Positions 34,430 through 48,210 of a stretch of 64,000 nt of DNA are shown in pieces; position 1 is the first letter of the stretch, and every line of letters starts with the position of its first letter. This DNA is from Selaginella moellendorffii (Eukaryota; Plantae; Lycopodiophyta). The position numbers and the translations under genes were made by a program. The notes beneath the pieces are model-generated. The model did no database searches and had not been told where the DNA came from. It worked only from the letters and a program-made list of their open reading frames with translations. The DNA is taken from positions 2,435,181 to 2,499,180 of the forward strand of contig NW_003314265.1 of NCBI RefSeq assembly GCF_000143415.4, read 5' to 3'.

Positions 34430-36501
34430 AGACTATGAAAAACTCATCTGCAACTTCAAAATATATTCAAAAGTTAGTGCTAAGGATTTTATCATAAGCA
34501 CCCTACTCAATCCAGGTTGCGAGAAGACTCAATTGGATGAAGTTAGCTTGTGGGAGTTATTATGATACATGCAACTTGCAATTAGCCTAAGGAGGTAAGA
34601 AAATAATATTACATACTTTTTAATAGTATCTCTTTTACATTTTGTTTTATTTAGGGTAAAATCTTAAATGTGTGAATCTCGAGAGGGGAAACTCCAATAA
34701 AAAATTGACTCTATCCTTGAATTAAAATGGACTTGTCTATATGAGTTTATCCATAAGAATTTATTTTCAGATCAAGTCGTTATTGAGTAAAAGTGCCCCT
34801 TCGTCTTCAAAATGTCTACCATAAGCCTCACCTCTAATATAGATCTTGTTTCTCAAATGGATATATCTGGGTTAAGTGGCCTTGCTAATGCATGGGTATA
34901 TTTTGACCATATAGAGGGGGATAACCATGGGAGCTCATGTATATGATCTAAGGTAGTTATTTTTTCTCATTGTCTTAAAATGGTTTTAAACATTACCATT
35001 TTCATAGACTACAACTTGACAATTACAATAATAGAGTTTGAAGTACAAAACTAGATGGCCCAAAAAATATTTTGGAAGTCCCTCTCTAACATTGTACTAA
35101 AACGGACTAATAAGCTTGCCAACTTTTGCGGTTTCATGGCAAATAAGGCTTAGGGCTAATTAGAATGGAGTCCAGATAGTCTTTGGGAATGGTCAACCCT
35201 AAAAGGTCGTGATAGGACTTGTGAGTTCCATTGGGCTTAGAGCCTAAACTAATACTGCCACTTTATCAAGCCAAATTTCCAATTAGTGTTTAAAGAGTTG
35301 TGCAAACAATGGTAAGTTGCACTTTTTGAAGAAGAGCATGAGGCAAAAACAAATAAGATTCAAATGTGGTGGCATGAAGATGGCCATACAGACGTAAGTT
35401 ATCTCCCACAATTTAAATCGTGGTTAGGGTGGTAGGAAGTTAAGATGTTCCAATAGGGACATCACTCTCTTCAAGTTGGTTTTTTTTTTTCTCATTTTAT
35501 TGCCTTTTAATATCGTCTTTTTCATTAGAATTAACCACTTGAGGATCTTGCATACACCCCAACTATGAATCTCTCAAAGAGTAAACATTAGAACTAGTGT
35601 TCCTCTAAGGCACAGAAAGGGAAAATGAGTTTATACAAAGCCCGTCTATTGAATTTGATATGCACTATAAAGTAATTTTCAAAAGTCTTGGCATTTGAGC
35701 AAGGAAGATATATGAGAACAAAACCTTCAATTGAGATGTCACATGATCGGATGAAGAAGAAAGTGATTCCACCAACACGAACAATGGCAACTGCAGTGGA
35801 GGAAGTGGTTTGCAACACATCTATGGAGTATATTCCCCAGACTTCTATTGGTGATATAAAGGCTGTTTATTCAAAACATCATTTTTCCTTTGCTAGTGAA
35901 GAAGTTGGCACAAATGTTGGAGTGAAAAGCTCTCATAGGCTTGATGTTGAGTACCATTTTGCTTAAAAACACTACCCCTAGACTAAATCACCTCTAGTAA
36001 TTGATGAAGAGAGTGCATCTTAATAGTTTGAAAATCACTTACCATAAAATAGAGCCAAAACAATGGGCAATCTGTCGAGTGCTAGAAAAATTAAATGTAA
36101 AATGTTTAAAGATGCTTCTAAGGGGCAAATATTGGGCCTAGATCCATGGTGATAAGTCTGCTTCTATTCTAGTCCCATGTTTCCATAAGGAATAAAAGCA
36201 AGCAAAAATTTCAAGATGGTGTTGGCTATATTGTTGCAACACTGATGCAAACTATACAAAGTGGCTTGAAGAAACTATAATGACTAAACCTGATATAGTA
36301 TTTAAAGAATGGCCAGTTGCTAATGAGGTTGTGCTCTCCTCAGATAAGATTGAAAACCTTGAGAAATTTAATTTCAATTTTGAGAAGAGAGTTGAAGACA
36401 TGAGTGAGAGAACCAGAATTGTTCACACAAAGATGCACAAGAGGCTAGCAGAAAAAGGTAAAGCAATTAAATTTATTAATACCATCTCCAAGCAAAAGTA
36501 G
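34430..36501 (+). pseudogene. MULE-like DDE transposase B
   Basis: FVFKMST...AWVYFDHIE...HVYD, NFCGFMAN...GRDRTCEFHWA, MWW...WLGW and PTMNLS. It is a diverged paralog of transposase A with many stops. Confidence 0.75.
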
Positions 36502-37899
36502 GGTAAAATAAGTTTGGCTTAAATGCTTGAATGTGAGATTGTCTCAATGAAGTACATCACTATGCTTGTAAAGGAGTATATAGTCAAATAGAAAATGAAA
36601 AGTATACAATCATCATTCAAGAGCGACTTTCTTGCACATGTCCAGACTTTATAAAATGCAAGGAACATAGGAAGGCATATACTCCTTGCAAACATATGTA
36701 CTACATTTTCATCAACATTACAGTGGATATTTATATACACCAAGCATTACTATTGCTAAGTTGCAGAAGACTTTTGGAGTTAACTAGAGTTTCCAAGACT
36801 ATTGATGTTTATTCTCTATCAATAATATAAACTTATTATCCTTTATATAATTAATTAAAAAATAATTTTTCATTTCACTTTTCATTTCATATACTTGTAA
36901 GTGTTCTTTTGCAATACTACCCATAGTACTTATGTGTCTCAATTTTTGTTTTTACCATCCTAAAAAATATTTTATAGTAGTCTTTGAGTGCATGATATTG
37001 CAATGCGTTGCATCATATTGATCATTGCCATTGTTTCCATTGGAACCAAAAAACATATAAGACATTTCTTGAAAGTCACAGAGTTGCAATTTTTTTAAAC
37101 AAATAAAAAAATAATTTTTTTCACTTAATTTGTTGCACCCTTTGTCATTGCATTTATCTCTAACTCGTGATCACTATCTTTACTATCCTCTTCGTTTTTT
37201 TTCTTTTTTATTTTTTGGTTGTGTTATGCAATGAGATGATTATTACAGCTTCTAGCCCTTGAATTACTACTTTGGGAAGAAATATTGCAAAAGTTAAAAT
37301 TACCAACATTAAAACCCATAAACATTTGTACTTCTCTTTCTTCGAATAAAAGTGCAAATGAAGATCCATAAATTCTAAATACTATATTATGACAAACCCC
37401 TCAAGAATGTATTCTAGAGAAGAACCAAGTCTCTCTTTTATATGTAACAAGATTATATCAATGGTTATTTTTTTCCTTTCAAATAGTTATATAGACTTAT
37501 ATAGAATCTTATTTCAAATTTAATAATTTTTAAAGTCTGAAAAACTTGATATTTACTAGCTAGAAAACACAAAGTACAGATTTAAGAGGAAGTGACAAGA
37601 ATACTTTTTCTAGAAATATCTTATTTTATATTCTAAAAAACATAGCATATAATTAATATTTAAATTGCTAGAACAAGATTTGTCCTTTAAAACATTTTTA
37701 TCTATATAATGTGTAGAGAGTTATGAAATTATTAGATTTGCCATAACCTTAATATTTTAATGTTTGTATTAAATTACAATTAAAAATTAAGCTCAACTCT
37801 TCAACTCGTGAGCTCAAATATGGTCCATGCTCCAAGACCCTTAATTGATTAGAAAAAATAATGCCCACTTATTTGATCCCTTATGGATCATTAATTCAC

Positions 37900-39300
37900 C
37901 ACCCTTCCTTGCAAGTTCATGCCCTTGTGAATGGAAGTTAAGAGCTATAGCTAAAGGCAAACTAAACTTGCCACATGTTAATCTCAACATAATTCCCCTA
38001 ACCTAATTAACAAAGTCAAACTTGATACCTCTTTAATACCAAATGTAAACTCTTAAATTTGGACTTCCTGGGAAGTCATCTAACTTAGTTTTATTCAAAT
38101 ATAAAGATGCTTAATCTTTTGAGCTTTACAAACCTTATCAAGGGAAAGTAAATATTGTTCTGCACCTTAAAAAAAACACTAAACATCATATACAGCAATT
38201 GTTAGACATAAAATCCTTGTTTAAGAAATCCATTGATACTAGAATAATAGGCTCATCAAAACCAAAAGAAGAGAGTGATGAAAGGAGAATAACTTAAGAA
38301 AAGGCATCAGTATTAGTTATAGAACTCCCTGAATAATGAACAACCTTGAAATCATATATCTAAAACTTTAGAGCCCACTGAATAATACTATCAACCAAGT
38401 TCTTCCACTATAATAATGAAGTAATCACAATATGATCACCTTCTAATAATATTTGAGAACCATAAAACTATGCATGAAGCTTCTCAAAACCCATAAAGGT
38501 TACTAAACACTCATATGGAATAATTCACTTTTGTTGGTTATAATATACAGCTAATGTATATTATGGGATGGCACTAACTAGACACACTTAGGCTTTTTTG
38601 CATCAACACAATTTCAAAACTGATATTAAAAGTATTTATGCAAAAAATAAAAGGTTGAGTGTATTCAGGATACACCAATACTAAAAGAGTTATCAACAAC
38701 CCTTTAAGATCTATAAATGTCTATTCACAATCTATATACTATATGAAAAATGATGTTAATGACTTCAGCAATGTTCACAATAGTGTAGCATGATTAGAAA
38801 AATGATCAATGAAATAACTAAAATATTACATTTTGTTTAATAAACCTTGCATATTATTTGATCTGATGGGACATTTTCCATAGTCAACTACTTGCAATAA
38901 GTATATTATTATTGACTCCAACTACTTGACTTGTTGGATGGAAGTTGATTCTTTTGCTACTATTGTTGAGTACTTCTTCCTCAATCAAGTGGTATTCTAA
39001 TATTTCTATTTAGAGCTCAAATAATAATCTTATATTTATAATTGAGGCATTTTATGTTTTAATGTCTCGATTAGAGATACATCACACTTTTATGAGTGTT
39101 TATCATCCATAGACATATGGTTTTATGGAATGGTTCACCACAAATAACCATCCTAATCTGAATAATGAAAGTTTATATACTTCATAATCATCCCTTTAAA
39201 GGTCTGAATCTTGCATATATTATAGGGGTATAGAGTTCCACTAGTGCTTCAATGGTTATGATCTAATATTGCCAATTGAGTTGAGTTTACCTTCACAATT
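37900..39300 (-). mobile_element. Highly degraded Ty3/Gypsy pol remnant
   Basis: The minus strand near 38300-38460 reads EGDH...IQWALKF*IYDFKVVHYSG...NTDAFS, resembling a Gypsy RNase H C-terminus. Boundaries are approximate. Confidence 0.45.
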
Positions 39301-40070
39301 ATCACAAGGTATCAATACTAGGTTTTGAGATTAATATTTAATAAGCATTATTTCACTTGCTTGAGTGAAATTTACTAAACACTTGAGCTGTGTATAAATG
39401 GGTGCTAGAACTCTTATCATTGTCCATATATAAAGAACATAATGGATGACTGGATAGCTTTGGGATTTGAGAAGGTTAGGAACACAATAGGGCCATTCTT
39501 GGATTTGTTCCAACAGCCTCTTAAGTATCACAAGGAAAACAAGTTCAAGAGGGAATTTGCAAGGTCTCGCACAATCGACAGTAAGTTGGTTTTCTTCCTC
39601 AAATTATTTTTTCAGTGTTATGTTCCACATGAGATGTTGCCAAGGTGGATGAGGTGCAACCTCGAAAAGAACCAAGTATACCACTGGTGAACAAAGCAGA
39701 AACTCAATAGTTAGAAAAAAGTGAATTTTGAAAGCTATTTGATTTTGACTTGGTCAATGTCAACTACAAGATATCCTCCATGATTTTTCATATCCTTCTG
39801 ATTTTTGCTATGAATTCATGGCATTAAAAAAATTGAAAAAAAGTGATCATACCTCACAAGAACTTGTTGTGTTTCTAACATAATAGTAGTATCCTTAGAA
39901 AGAGTATCCTTAGCAAAGTTAACCTGAAAGTAGATGACTTTTGCAGCAATTGACTTGGGCTGTGATCAATTCAATCTAGGAACGTAACTCCAACGAAATA
40001 ATCACATAGCTTAAAACGACAGAACTGCAAAAATGAAGAAAAACTTAGTGAGAGCAAGCTTGGAGAATGC

Positions 40071-42102
40071 ATGTCAGAAACAACATTCATGAAGCTACTT
40101 ACTCTCATGCTGCTGCTCTCTTCGACTTACTACAGCAGAGTCCTGGCCGACTTCTTGCGCGGAAGCACTGTCACAACAGGAAGCCCTTGGAGATCACCTG
40201 AAGGAACCTTTGGATTTGGATTCGTAATGCCTGAGTCTTCAAGCACCCGGAACTTCAATCTCGCGATCTGGTATGATATAGATCCGAAGAAGACTGTCGT
40301 CTGGATGGCAATGGCAAACGGGCAGCTTGTCCAGGTGAGTGAAAATGCCAAGCTTGAGTTGAAAGCCGAGGGGGGACTTTCCGTCACTGATGGCAGCAGC
40401 TCCGTCCCCTTGTGGCAAACCAATCCCGGACAGTGTTGTGCTGAAAGTGCTTCGCTGCTCGAGAACGGGAACTTAGTTGTCCTTGGAAAAGACAAGAAAG
40501 TTGCATGGCAGAGCTTCGACTCTCCAACGAACAACCTTTTGCCCGAGCAGCAGCTCCGCACACAAGGAAATCCGTCCTTGGGATACACGAGGTTGATTTC
40601 CCAGTCTGGAGCATACCAGCTTGTTCTCAACAGTGGTCAGGTGCTGCTCAAGAACTTAAAGCTGGAGATCCCGCAAAAATACTGGTCTATTGCAAATCCG
40701 ACACTGAACTCCACCATGACTTGCCTGGATGACGAAACCGGAGAGCACGTCTTGAACAACAACGCTTGCCAGCCTGATCGTTCTCTCAAGTTCCCGGCCG
40801 TCTTGAACTTGAGCGTCCTTTCCTTTTACGACGCAACTGGAAAGAGCTGGGCATCAGGATCAATGAGTTCACAAGACTACGCGCTTGACTATGACGATGC
40901 GAATGTGTTGAGGAAACTTATGCTGGACGATGATGGCAATCTCAGGATCTACAACTTCGGCCCGAAGAACAAGAGTGGCTCCTGGAGCGTCGTCTGGAGG
41001 GCCGCCATGCTCGACATCTTTGGAACATGTGGACCTTGACCTTTCGCTCTCTGCACCTACAGGCCCACAAAAACTTGCAGCTGTCTTCCTGGATTTCACC
41101 GAGTTGATCCAAACGATGAATCGAAGGGATGTGACTATGACATACCTCTGGGAGCTTGTCAAAACTCCCCAATCTCGGTGAAGCTCGTCCAGGTGAATCG
41201 AGCAGACTACTACTTCAACGATTACAACTTCGACTCGACCATCAAGTCGCTCGAAGAGTTAGGCTCGGGAGGATTCAGGAGCGTGTATAGAGGAAACATG
41301 GCCATGAAGAACATCACCACCGTGAACCAGGCTGAGAAGCAATCAAGGCCGAGGTGAGCACGATTGGAAGAGTACACCACGTCAACTTGGCTCCGCCTCC
41401 TCGGCTACTGCACCGAGGGAGACCGCCACCTCCTCGTCTACCAGTTCATGCCAAACGGTTCTCTCGACCACCTCGTCCTCATTCGCCGCCTCGCAAGAGA
41501 TCTTCTCAACCTGGGAGACACAACACTCAATCGCGCTGGGGATTGCCAAAGGATTGACATACCTCCATGAGAAGTGTGGCGAGCGCATCGTCCACTGCGA
41601 TATCAAGCCACAAAACGTGCTGCTAGACGAGAGCTCTGGCCAAAGGTGTCCGACTTTGGGTTGGCGAGGATGATGAGAAAAGAATAGATGAGCATCACCA
41701 CCGTGCAAGGAACCAGGGAATACCTCGCTCCAGAGTGGCTCGAGAGCCAATCCATCGCCCCCAAGGCCGATGTCTATAGCATTGGGATGCTCCTGCTGGA
41801 TATCTTGAGTGGCAAGAGGAAGGCCCTCATGGAGCTGGGCGGCGGAGACAAGGAATGCAAGAATGCGCCACTGCCGCCGCCTGGTGAGTGGTATTTCCTG
41901 ATCTACGCCTTCGACAAGTACATGACCTCGGAGCTGGAGAGCATTGCCGATCCAAACCAGGCAAGTGGCACTCAAGATCCCGCTGTGGTGCATCCACCAG
42001 GATCCAGCATCCAGGCCAGTGATGAGCTGCGTGGTGCAGATCCTGGAGGGCAAAGCGGAGGCGCCGCCGCCGCCATTTCCAGAAGCTGGCGAGAGAGAAT
42101 GA
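40071..42102 (+). pseudogene. G-type (S-domain) lectin receptor-like kinase pseudogene
   Basis: Signal peptide, bulb-lectin (SPEGTFGFGF, LLENGNLVV, WQSFDSPT), S-locus/EGF-like region, then kinase motifs ([35 protein letters not shown]). It has frameshifts and a deletion near 41255 that removes the PAN end and TM region. Confidence 0.9.
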
Positions 42103-43504
42103 TCGCTTTAACCCTTAGTTTGGTTATTTAATATTAAGTTTTTGAATAAAATAATTAGATAAAAATATTAAGTAGATTATGATGGTATAATTTATACCAA
42201 GTGAAATCATTTTAATTCACCATTGCAATTTATAAAGGGACTATAGTGAGAAGTGAGCATTTATTTTGGTGGTATTTCATTCACATCTCAAATAGAACAA
42301 AGTAAATGGAATAACATAAAATATAGGTGTTTGTGATCTTAATGTTTTGGCTATCATTTTTTCGTTATCTTAGTTTTGGTTAAGGATATGTGATCTTAAG
42401 CCAAACCCAAGCTTAACTTAGCTCACCCGTGTAGCCAGCTTGCTATTGCTGGGCTCAATTCTATATTGAAGGTATTAAGCCCTTCAAAAGTGACAAAGAC
42501 AGAAATTCTTTTCTTCCTGGAAGTTCTCCACAACCATGTCAGTGGCATCAAGCTTTTATAGACTGCTAAATAGAATATGATCTAGCTGTTGAAAATAACT
42601 AGACTAAGAGGTGTTGACCAAACTTGAACAATTGCAACATTTTTGGTGTGGAAATCCACACTATTTCCATAAAAGCATCCAAGGACACAATAGTGATCTG
42701 GCTGCTACAGACACCTACTTTCTTAAGCATTGCAAGAAAGTGTGGGTGATGGAAGATGAAGAAACCATTGCTTGGCAGCCTTGTTGCACCAAGGTGAGTG
42801 ATCTTCTTTAATATATTATTTCCTTTGACCCTGATGACCTTGAAAACGAACAAAAATAAAGGTTATTTTAAGAATATTCTTTTGGACCATAATTCAAAAG
42901 TATAAAGGTTAAAGGTTAAAAGGAGATTTACAGCTGACACATAGATTGCACAAAAGACTTTTACCTTGGGAAAATTGGGGTCCAACACCAAACAGTAACG
43001 TCATAGAGATCTAGGTGGGATGCTTGATGTTAACACATGTACCACCTATCCAGATGCCCATGCAGCATAAGGATGGGCATCTAGATAACTTGTATGCAGT
43101 AAAGCCTGATCTGTATTAAGGAACAAGGTGTGCTTTCCTAAACTCCAAGCATGGTGTGACACCATGTAGCTCAGTCAGGCACTCAATTTTAAGAATATTC
43201 TTTCTTAATCTAGGTGTTAACTACCAGTTTAATCCAATAGTTGTGCTAATTTATTTGAACCAATATTAGATGCAAAGTTTCTAAACAAATATACTGAGAT
43301 TCTTGAGTCTTATTATTATTATTATTATTATCTATAAGTTTTAAGATCATTAGTATAGAAAAAGGAGAAAATATGAGATCACATAAATCAGAATATTTGG
43401 GTTTGAAAAAGGTCTAGCAACTGATTAGTTGTACCTTAGATGTTTGACTTAATGCAGTGCAGATTATAAAAGGGCGTTCTTTTACCTCATATTACCATGT
43501 AAGT

Positions 43505-44292
43505 ATGGAAAACAAAAAATATCTCTATTTAATTTTATTACTTGCAGTCATTCTGAAAAATGAGAATTTTTGTGCTGCCACTACAAGTATCAAAGTGGAT
43601 GGCTATGTTTATTGCACTAACTGTGGTTCACTCTCTCAGAATGGCATCTTCAGTAAGAAAAATTATCTATCTTTTGTAATTTTCTAATCTTGTTAAATCT
43701 TTCAGATGCCAAGGTAAACCTGGTTTGTCCAGGAGACAGTCATTCATCATTTACAAATAGTAGAGGATACTTTGATATCTTTGAATTAGTGAAGACTGGA
43801 ACAGATATTGGGAGTTGTCGAGTGAGTGTGGATCCAAGTAGAGCACCCCGGGGGTGTTCTTTCTTAACAGACATAAATGGTGGATCAAGTGGCCAATCCT
43901 TAAGCACATGCACCAATAATGGAAATAATAAGTTCACTTGTGGACCTTATTATTTTACTCCAAATGCTTGTTCACCTCCACCACCACCAAGTTCTCCACC
44001 TCCACCACCACCTAGAAAACCACCACCACCACCACCTAGAAGACCACCACCACCCCCACCAAGAACACCTCCACCACCACCACCAACGACACCTCCTCCA
44101 CCACCACCAACATCTCCTCCACCACCACCACCAAGAACACCGCCACCACCACCACCAAGAACTCCTCCTCCACCACCACCAAGAACACCTCCACCACCAC
44201 CACCAAGAACACCTCCACCGCCACTGCCAAGAACACCTCCACCACCACCACCAAGAACTCCTCCTCCCCCACCACCAAGAAAACCTCCACCA
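43505..44292 (+). CDS. Pollen Ole e 1 domain / proline-rich extensin-like secreted protein (3' end in the gap)
   Basis: ATG at 43505, signal peptide, VDGYVYCTNC, intron 43653-43705, AKVNLVC...TNSRGYF...CRVSV...C, then (R/T)TPPPPPP repeats. Confidence 0.85.
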
Positions 44293-45149
44293 NNNNNNNN
44301 NNNNNNNNNNNNNNNNNNNNNNNNNNNNNNNNNNNNNNNNNNNNNNNNNNNNNNNNNNNNNNNNNNNNNNNNNNNNNNNNNNNNNNNNNNNNNNNNNNNN
44401 NNNNNNNNNNNNNNNNNNNNNNNNNNNNNNNNNNNNNNNNNNNNNNNNNNNNNNNNNNNNNNNNNNNNNNNNNNNNNNNNNNNNNNNNNNNNNNNNNNNN
44501 NNNNNNNNNNNNNNNNNNNNNNNNNNNNNNNNNNNNNNNNNNNNNNNNNNNNNNNNNNNNNNNNNNNNNNNNNNNNNNNNNNNNNNNNNNNNNNNNNNNN
44601 NNNNNNNNNNNNNNNNNNNNNNNNNNNNNNNNNNNNNNNNNNNNNNNNNNNNNNNNNNNNNNNNNNNNNNNNNNNNNNNNNNNNNNNNNNNNNNNNNNNN
44701 NNNNNNNNNNNNNNNNNNNNNNNNNNNNNNNNNNNNNNNNNNNNNNNNNNNNNNNNNNNNNNNNNNNNNNNNNNNNNNNNNNNNNNNNNNNNNNNNNNNN
44801 NNNNNNNNNNNNNNNNNNNNNNNNNNNNNNNNNNNNNNNNNNNNNNNNNNNNNNNNNNNNNNNNNNNNNNNNNNNNNNNNNNNNNNNNNNNNNNNNNNNN
44901 NNNNNNNNNNNNNNNNNNNNNNNNNNNNNNNNNNNNNNNNNNNNNNNNNNNNNNNNNNNNNNNNNNNNNNNNNNNNNNNNNNNNNNNNNNNNNNNNNNNN
45001 NNNNNNNNNNNNNNNNNNNNNNNNNNNNNNNNNNNNNNNNNNNNNNNNNNNNNNNNNNNNNNNNNNNNNNNNNNNNNNNNNNNNNNNNNNNNNNNNNNNN
45101 NNNNNNNNNNNNNNNNNNNNNNNNNNNNNNNNNNNNNNNNNNNNNNNNN
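44293..45149. other. Assembly gap (857 N)
   Basis: Run of N after the Pro-rich repeat. Confidence 1.
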
Positions 45150-46749
45150 ATAAGCCAACTATTTACTAAGTTTTCTTAATCACTCAGTAGTGTGTTAAAA
45201 AGGGGTGTGTGATTACTTCACATACAATAGGTAAGGGGATTGATACCCTCACCTTATAAGATTATATATAATGATGATTTTGATTAGTTAGTCTTGTTTA
45301 TTTTCTGGAAAAACTCCTCAATAAAATCTTCTCCTCCAAGTACTCACTCACTGCTACTGAGTACTCTCTCTATCTTCTGCTGCTTCTGCCACTCCTAGAG
45401 TAATTGTAGATCTAGAATGACCACAAAAGAGAAGATCTGGCAAACACAGCATGGATAATCAAAATTACATTTTTGCATGCCTTAGTTCAGTCTCATGTTG
45501 GCACCACAAAACTCTCAAAAGTAGCATATAACCCAAATAGATATAGATAAATAGAATGTGAGACTTCCTTGTTTGTGTTCCAATGGTTTGGGTCCACACG
45601 TCCTACCACCAAGGAGGCATGGAGCTATTTTGGGCATTTGCAACTCCATTCATTGTAAGAATTTGCAATAAAAGAAAATGGTGAACTCATTTGTATAAAT
45701 ATAGAGAGACTACCCTTGCATTTTCTCCCATCTTGTATTGGCTTGAAAAGAAAAAATTACATTTTTGTACCTTTGATTTTGCCTTTGTAAAGTCTATAAA
45801 TACATAGATATATATGTATGTGTATATATATAGATACACACACACACACACACACACAGATATATATGTATATAAAACTTTACCTAATATAACATATAAA
45901 TTGTCTATTTGGGATTGAATTTAGTTTATTAATTCTTGTATATAAGTAAGGATCCATTTAATATACATATTCCTATATCCTGAGCACTCATATATTGAAA
46001 TATATATATAAAATGTTTATTGTTGCAAAAATATAAATTAATATTGTGTAATTGATAGTTGGTTGAGGAATATATTCCACCAATATCTCACATTTGAAGT
46101 TAACCCACTTATCTATTCCTATATCCTAAGCATTCACATTGATAAAAGTGAGTAAAATGATCTAGATGTTAAGAGTGTATGATGAGATGTAGGATTGATA
46201 TTAAGTTTCATTAGTCTCAATGTAAATAGTGTTGATGATTTGGTTGTAATTCTATGTTATTGACATTTGTGCATTTGCTAGTTAGCAACTATATTAACAT
46301 TTAAATGAGTTAAGTGGCAAGTTGAATTAGTTGTGTTTTAGACGAGATTGTTTAGCAAGGGTTGAGGTTTAACTTTTCCTTGAAAAGAGTATTCCAAGGA
46401 AGAAGAATATAGAAATTGTGAAATGAAAATGAACATAGTGAATCCGAACAGAAAATCTGGCCCTAATATAGTGAGCTTGAACAAATACGATAATGGAGTA
46501 AAGTTGAACATAGATGGTGAGGAAGATATGAATAATAAATGGAGTGAGTTTGATCTCCTATATACTATGTTAGCCAAGAGCAAAAGTTTTGAATCCAAGT
46601 TAATATGGATCTTAGAGATTGATCAAAGGAACTATACAAAGATAAGTTTTATTGATGGTTATGACTTTAAGTTAATAGTGGTCTTCGAGGCTAGCCAAAG
46701 GGCAGACATAAAGACAATTTATCATTTATTATAATGGTATTTGGTGGAA

Positions 46750-47780
46750 TGTAGTTACCTTCAAAGTCAATTGCTTTTATTCAAAGTTATGGTTTCGAGG
46801 TTGGTTCAAGTATTTAGCAATTGCACATAGAGTTGCAATTAATTCATTAGAATTTTATAGTCAACTTATGCTTGTGCTATTACTTTGGATTATATTTCTG
46901 TCATGGTTGTCAACAACTATATTGATGGTTATATAGGAGTTTCAAGTTTTTGTGGCAATCTATTGTTGCTGAGTAGAACCTTTAGATGTTCCATATGCTT
47001 TATTGTCTTTATTTTTTCATCTTTACCTTTTCACAATCAAAGCATGCTTAGAAAATTGTTCTCTTGGAGTATAATATATCCTCCATCACTTGATTTATAC
47101 ACTCAATTTGCCTATCTGTCTAAGGATGATATTCACTCAAGAGCTTTAAAGTCACTTATATAGCCTTTGCAAAGCTCTTCTAAAATTCATTAGTGAACTT
47201 TAAATCTCAATTATTAATAATGTCCTTTGGTAAAAAAAATCACGAAAGACTTTCTTTAGCTAAGTCTAAAGTAGTGATAGTCTTCCAAAGAGCCAATATC
47301 TACACACACTTTATCAATCGATCCATTATAACCCATATTTGCTCTTTTTACCTTTATATTTGTGGTAAATAAGTGGTAAACAAAGGTTGAAAAAGTCCCC
47401 TTGACTTCTCTTTTGACATTTTTACCCATTGATAGAGCTCACATGATTTGTAATACTTAAGGATATTAACTTTTATATTCCTTCAATAAAAAATTGTGCT
47501 TAATCAGTTCATATGTCTTCTTCCCTCAAAATGACTTGCCTCTGGACAATCATGATAATAGAATAGAACCTGATTAATCAACACATCCATCTGTGGCTAA
47601 TACACACTAATGAGAAAGATACTTCCACTTAGGTTTGTAAAAAGACCATCTTAACATCTTGAGCCTAAGCACATTTAATCATCAACCACCCAAATTTGCT
47701 GACCACATTACTCAAATGATGACAAAATTATATTTGTAACTTATCATATGATAAATATGAAATAAAGCATCGCCAATTTC
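46750..47780 (-). mobile_element. Degraded Ty3/Gypsy integrase region related to the element at 60540
   Basis: The reverse complement of ~47456-47570 matches 63890-64000. The minus strand reads DLKFTNEF*KSFAKA...EYHP*TDRQIE (YHPQTDGQ-like). Confidence 0.7.
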
Positions 47781-48110
47781 CCTAGATGATGTTAAATAGA
47801 AAATTCCTATATCAACCAAAAACCCAAGCTCAAGGGACTCTGACCCTAAACCTAGGGCTGCATCGGAGCCTTAGATTTGATCATGCACAGTATATACCAT
47901 TCATTAGCATATGTTGGCAGTTAGGACCACCAGCCTTTTAAGGAGAGAATCTAGTTGTGGATCCCTATTTCTATTCATTGTTTTCACATTAATACACAGC
48001 ACTCATTCACTCATCTTTCCCTCTCAGCCCTGGAGATCGGGCCCTTTCCCCCTTTGTTTTCTCATTAGCAATAGATATCTAGTGAGGAGGAGTATCCACA
48101 CCTCTTCATT

Positions 48111-48142
48111 TGGTGAACATGGTGGGATTCGAACCCACAACC
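48111..48142 (+). other. Extended tRNA 3'-end complement (PBS-like)
   Basis: TGGTGAACATGGTGGGATTCGAACCCACAACC follows ...CTTCA-TT. The minus strand reads as a T-arm GTGGGTTCGAATCCCAC plus an acceptor strand ending CCA. Confidence 0.5.
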
Positions 48143-48210
48143 TTAAGATCCAACACAACATGATTTGATCCACAAAGAACCTTAAACTCCCTGAAAAGGC
48201 TGGTGGTTCT

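Noticed and set aside
42480-43190. Possible spliced host-gene fragment
   Set aside because: Looks coding-like but has stops and no motif I can assign.
43919-45169. His-rich and Gly-rich ORFs spanning the gap
   Set aside because: Alternative frames of the Pro-rich extensin repeat, extended artificially through the Ns.
48111-48180. Intact tRNA gene
   Set aside because: Only the T-arm and 3' acceptor strand with encoded CCA are recognisable; there is no convincing D-arm or anticodon arm.
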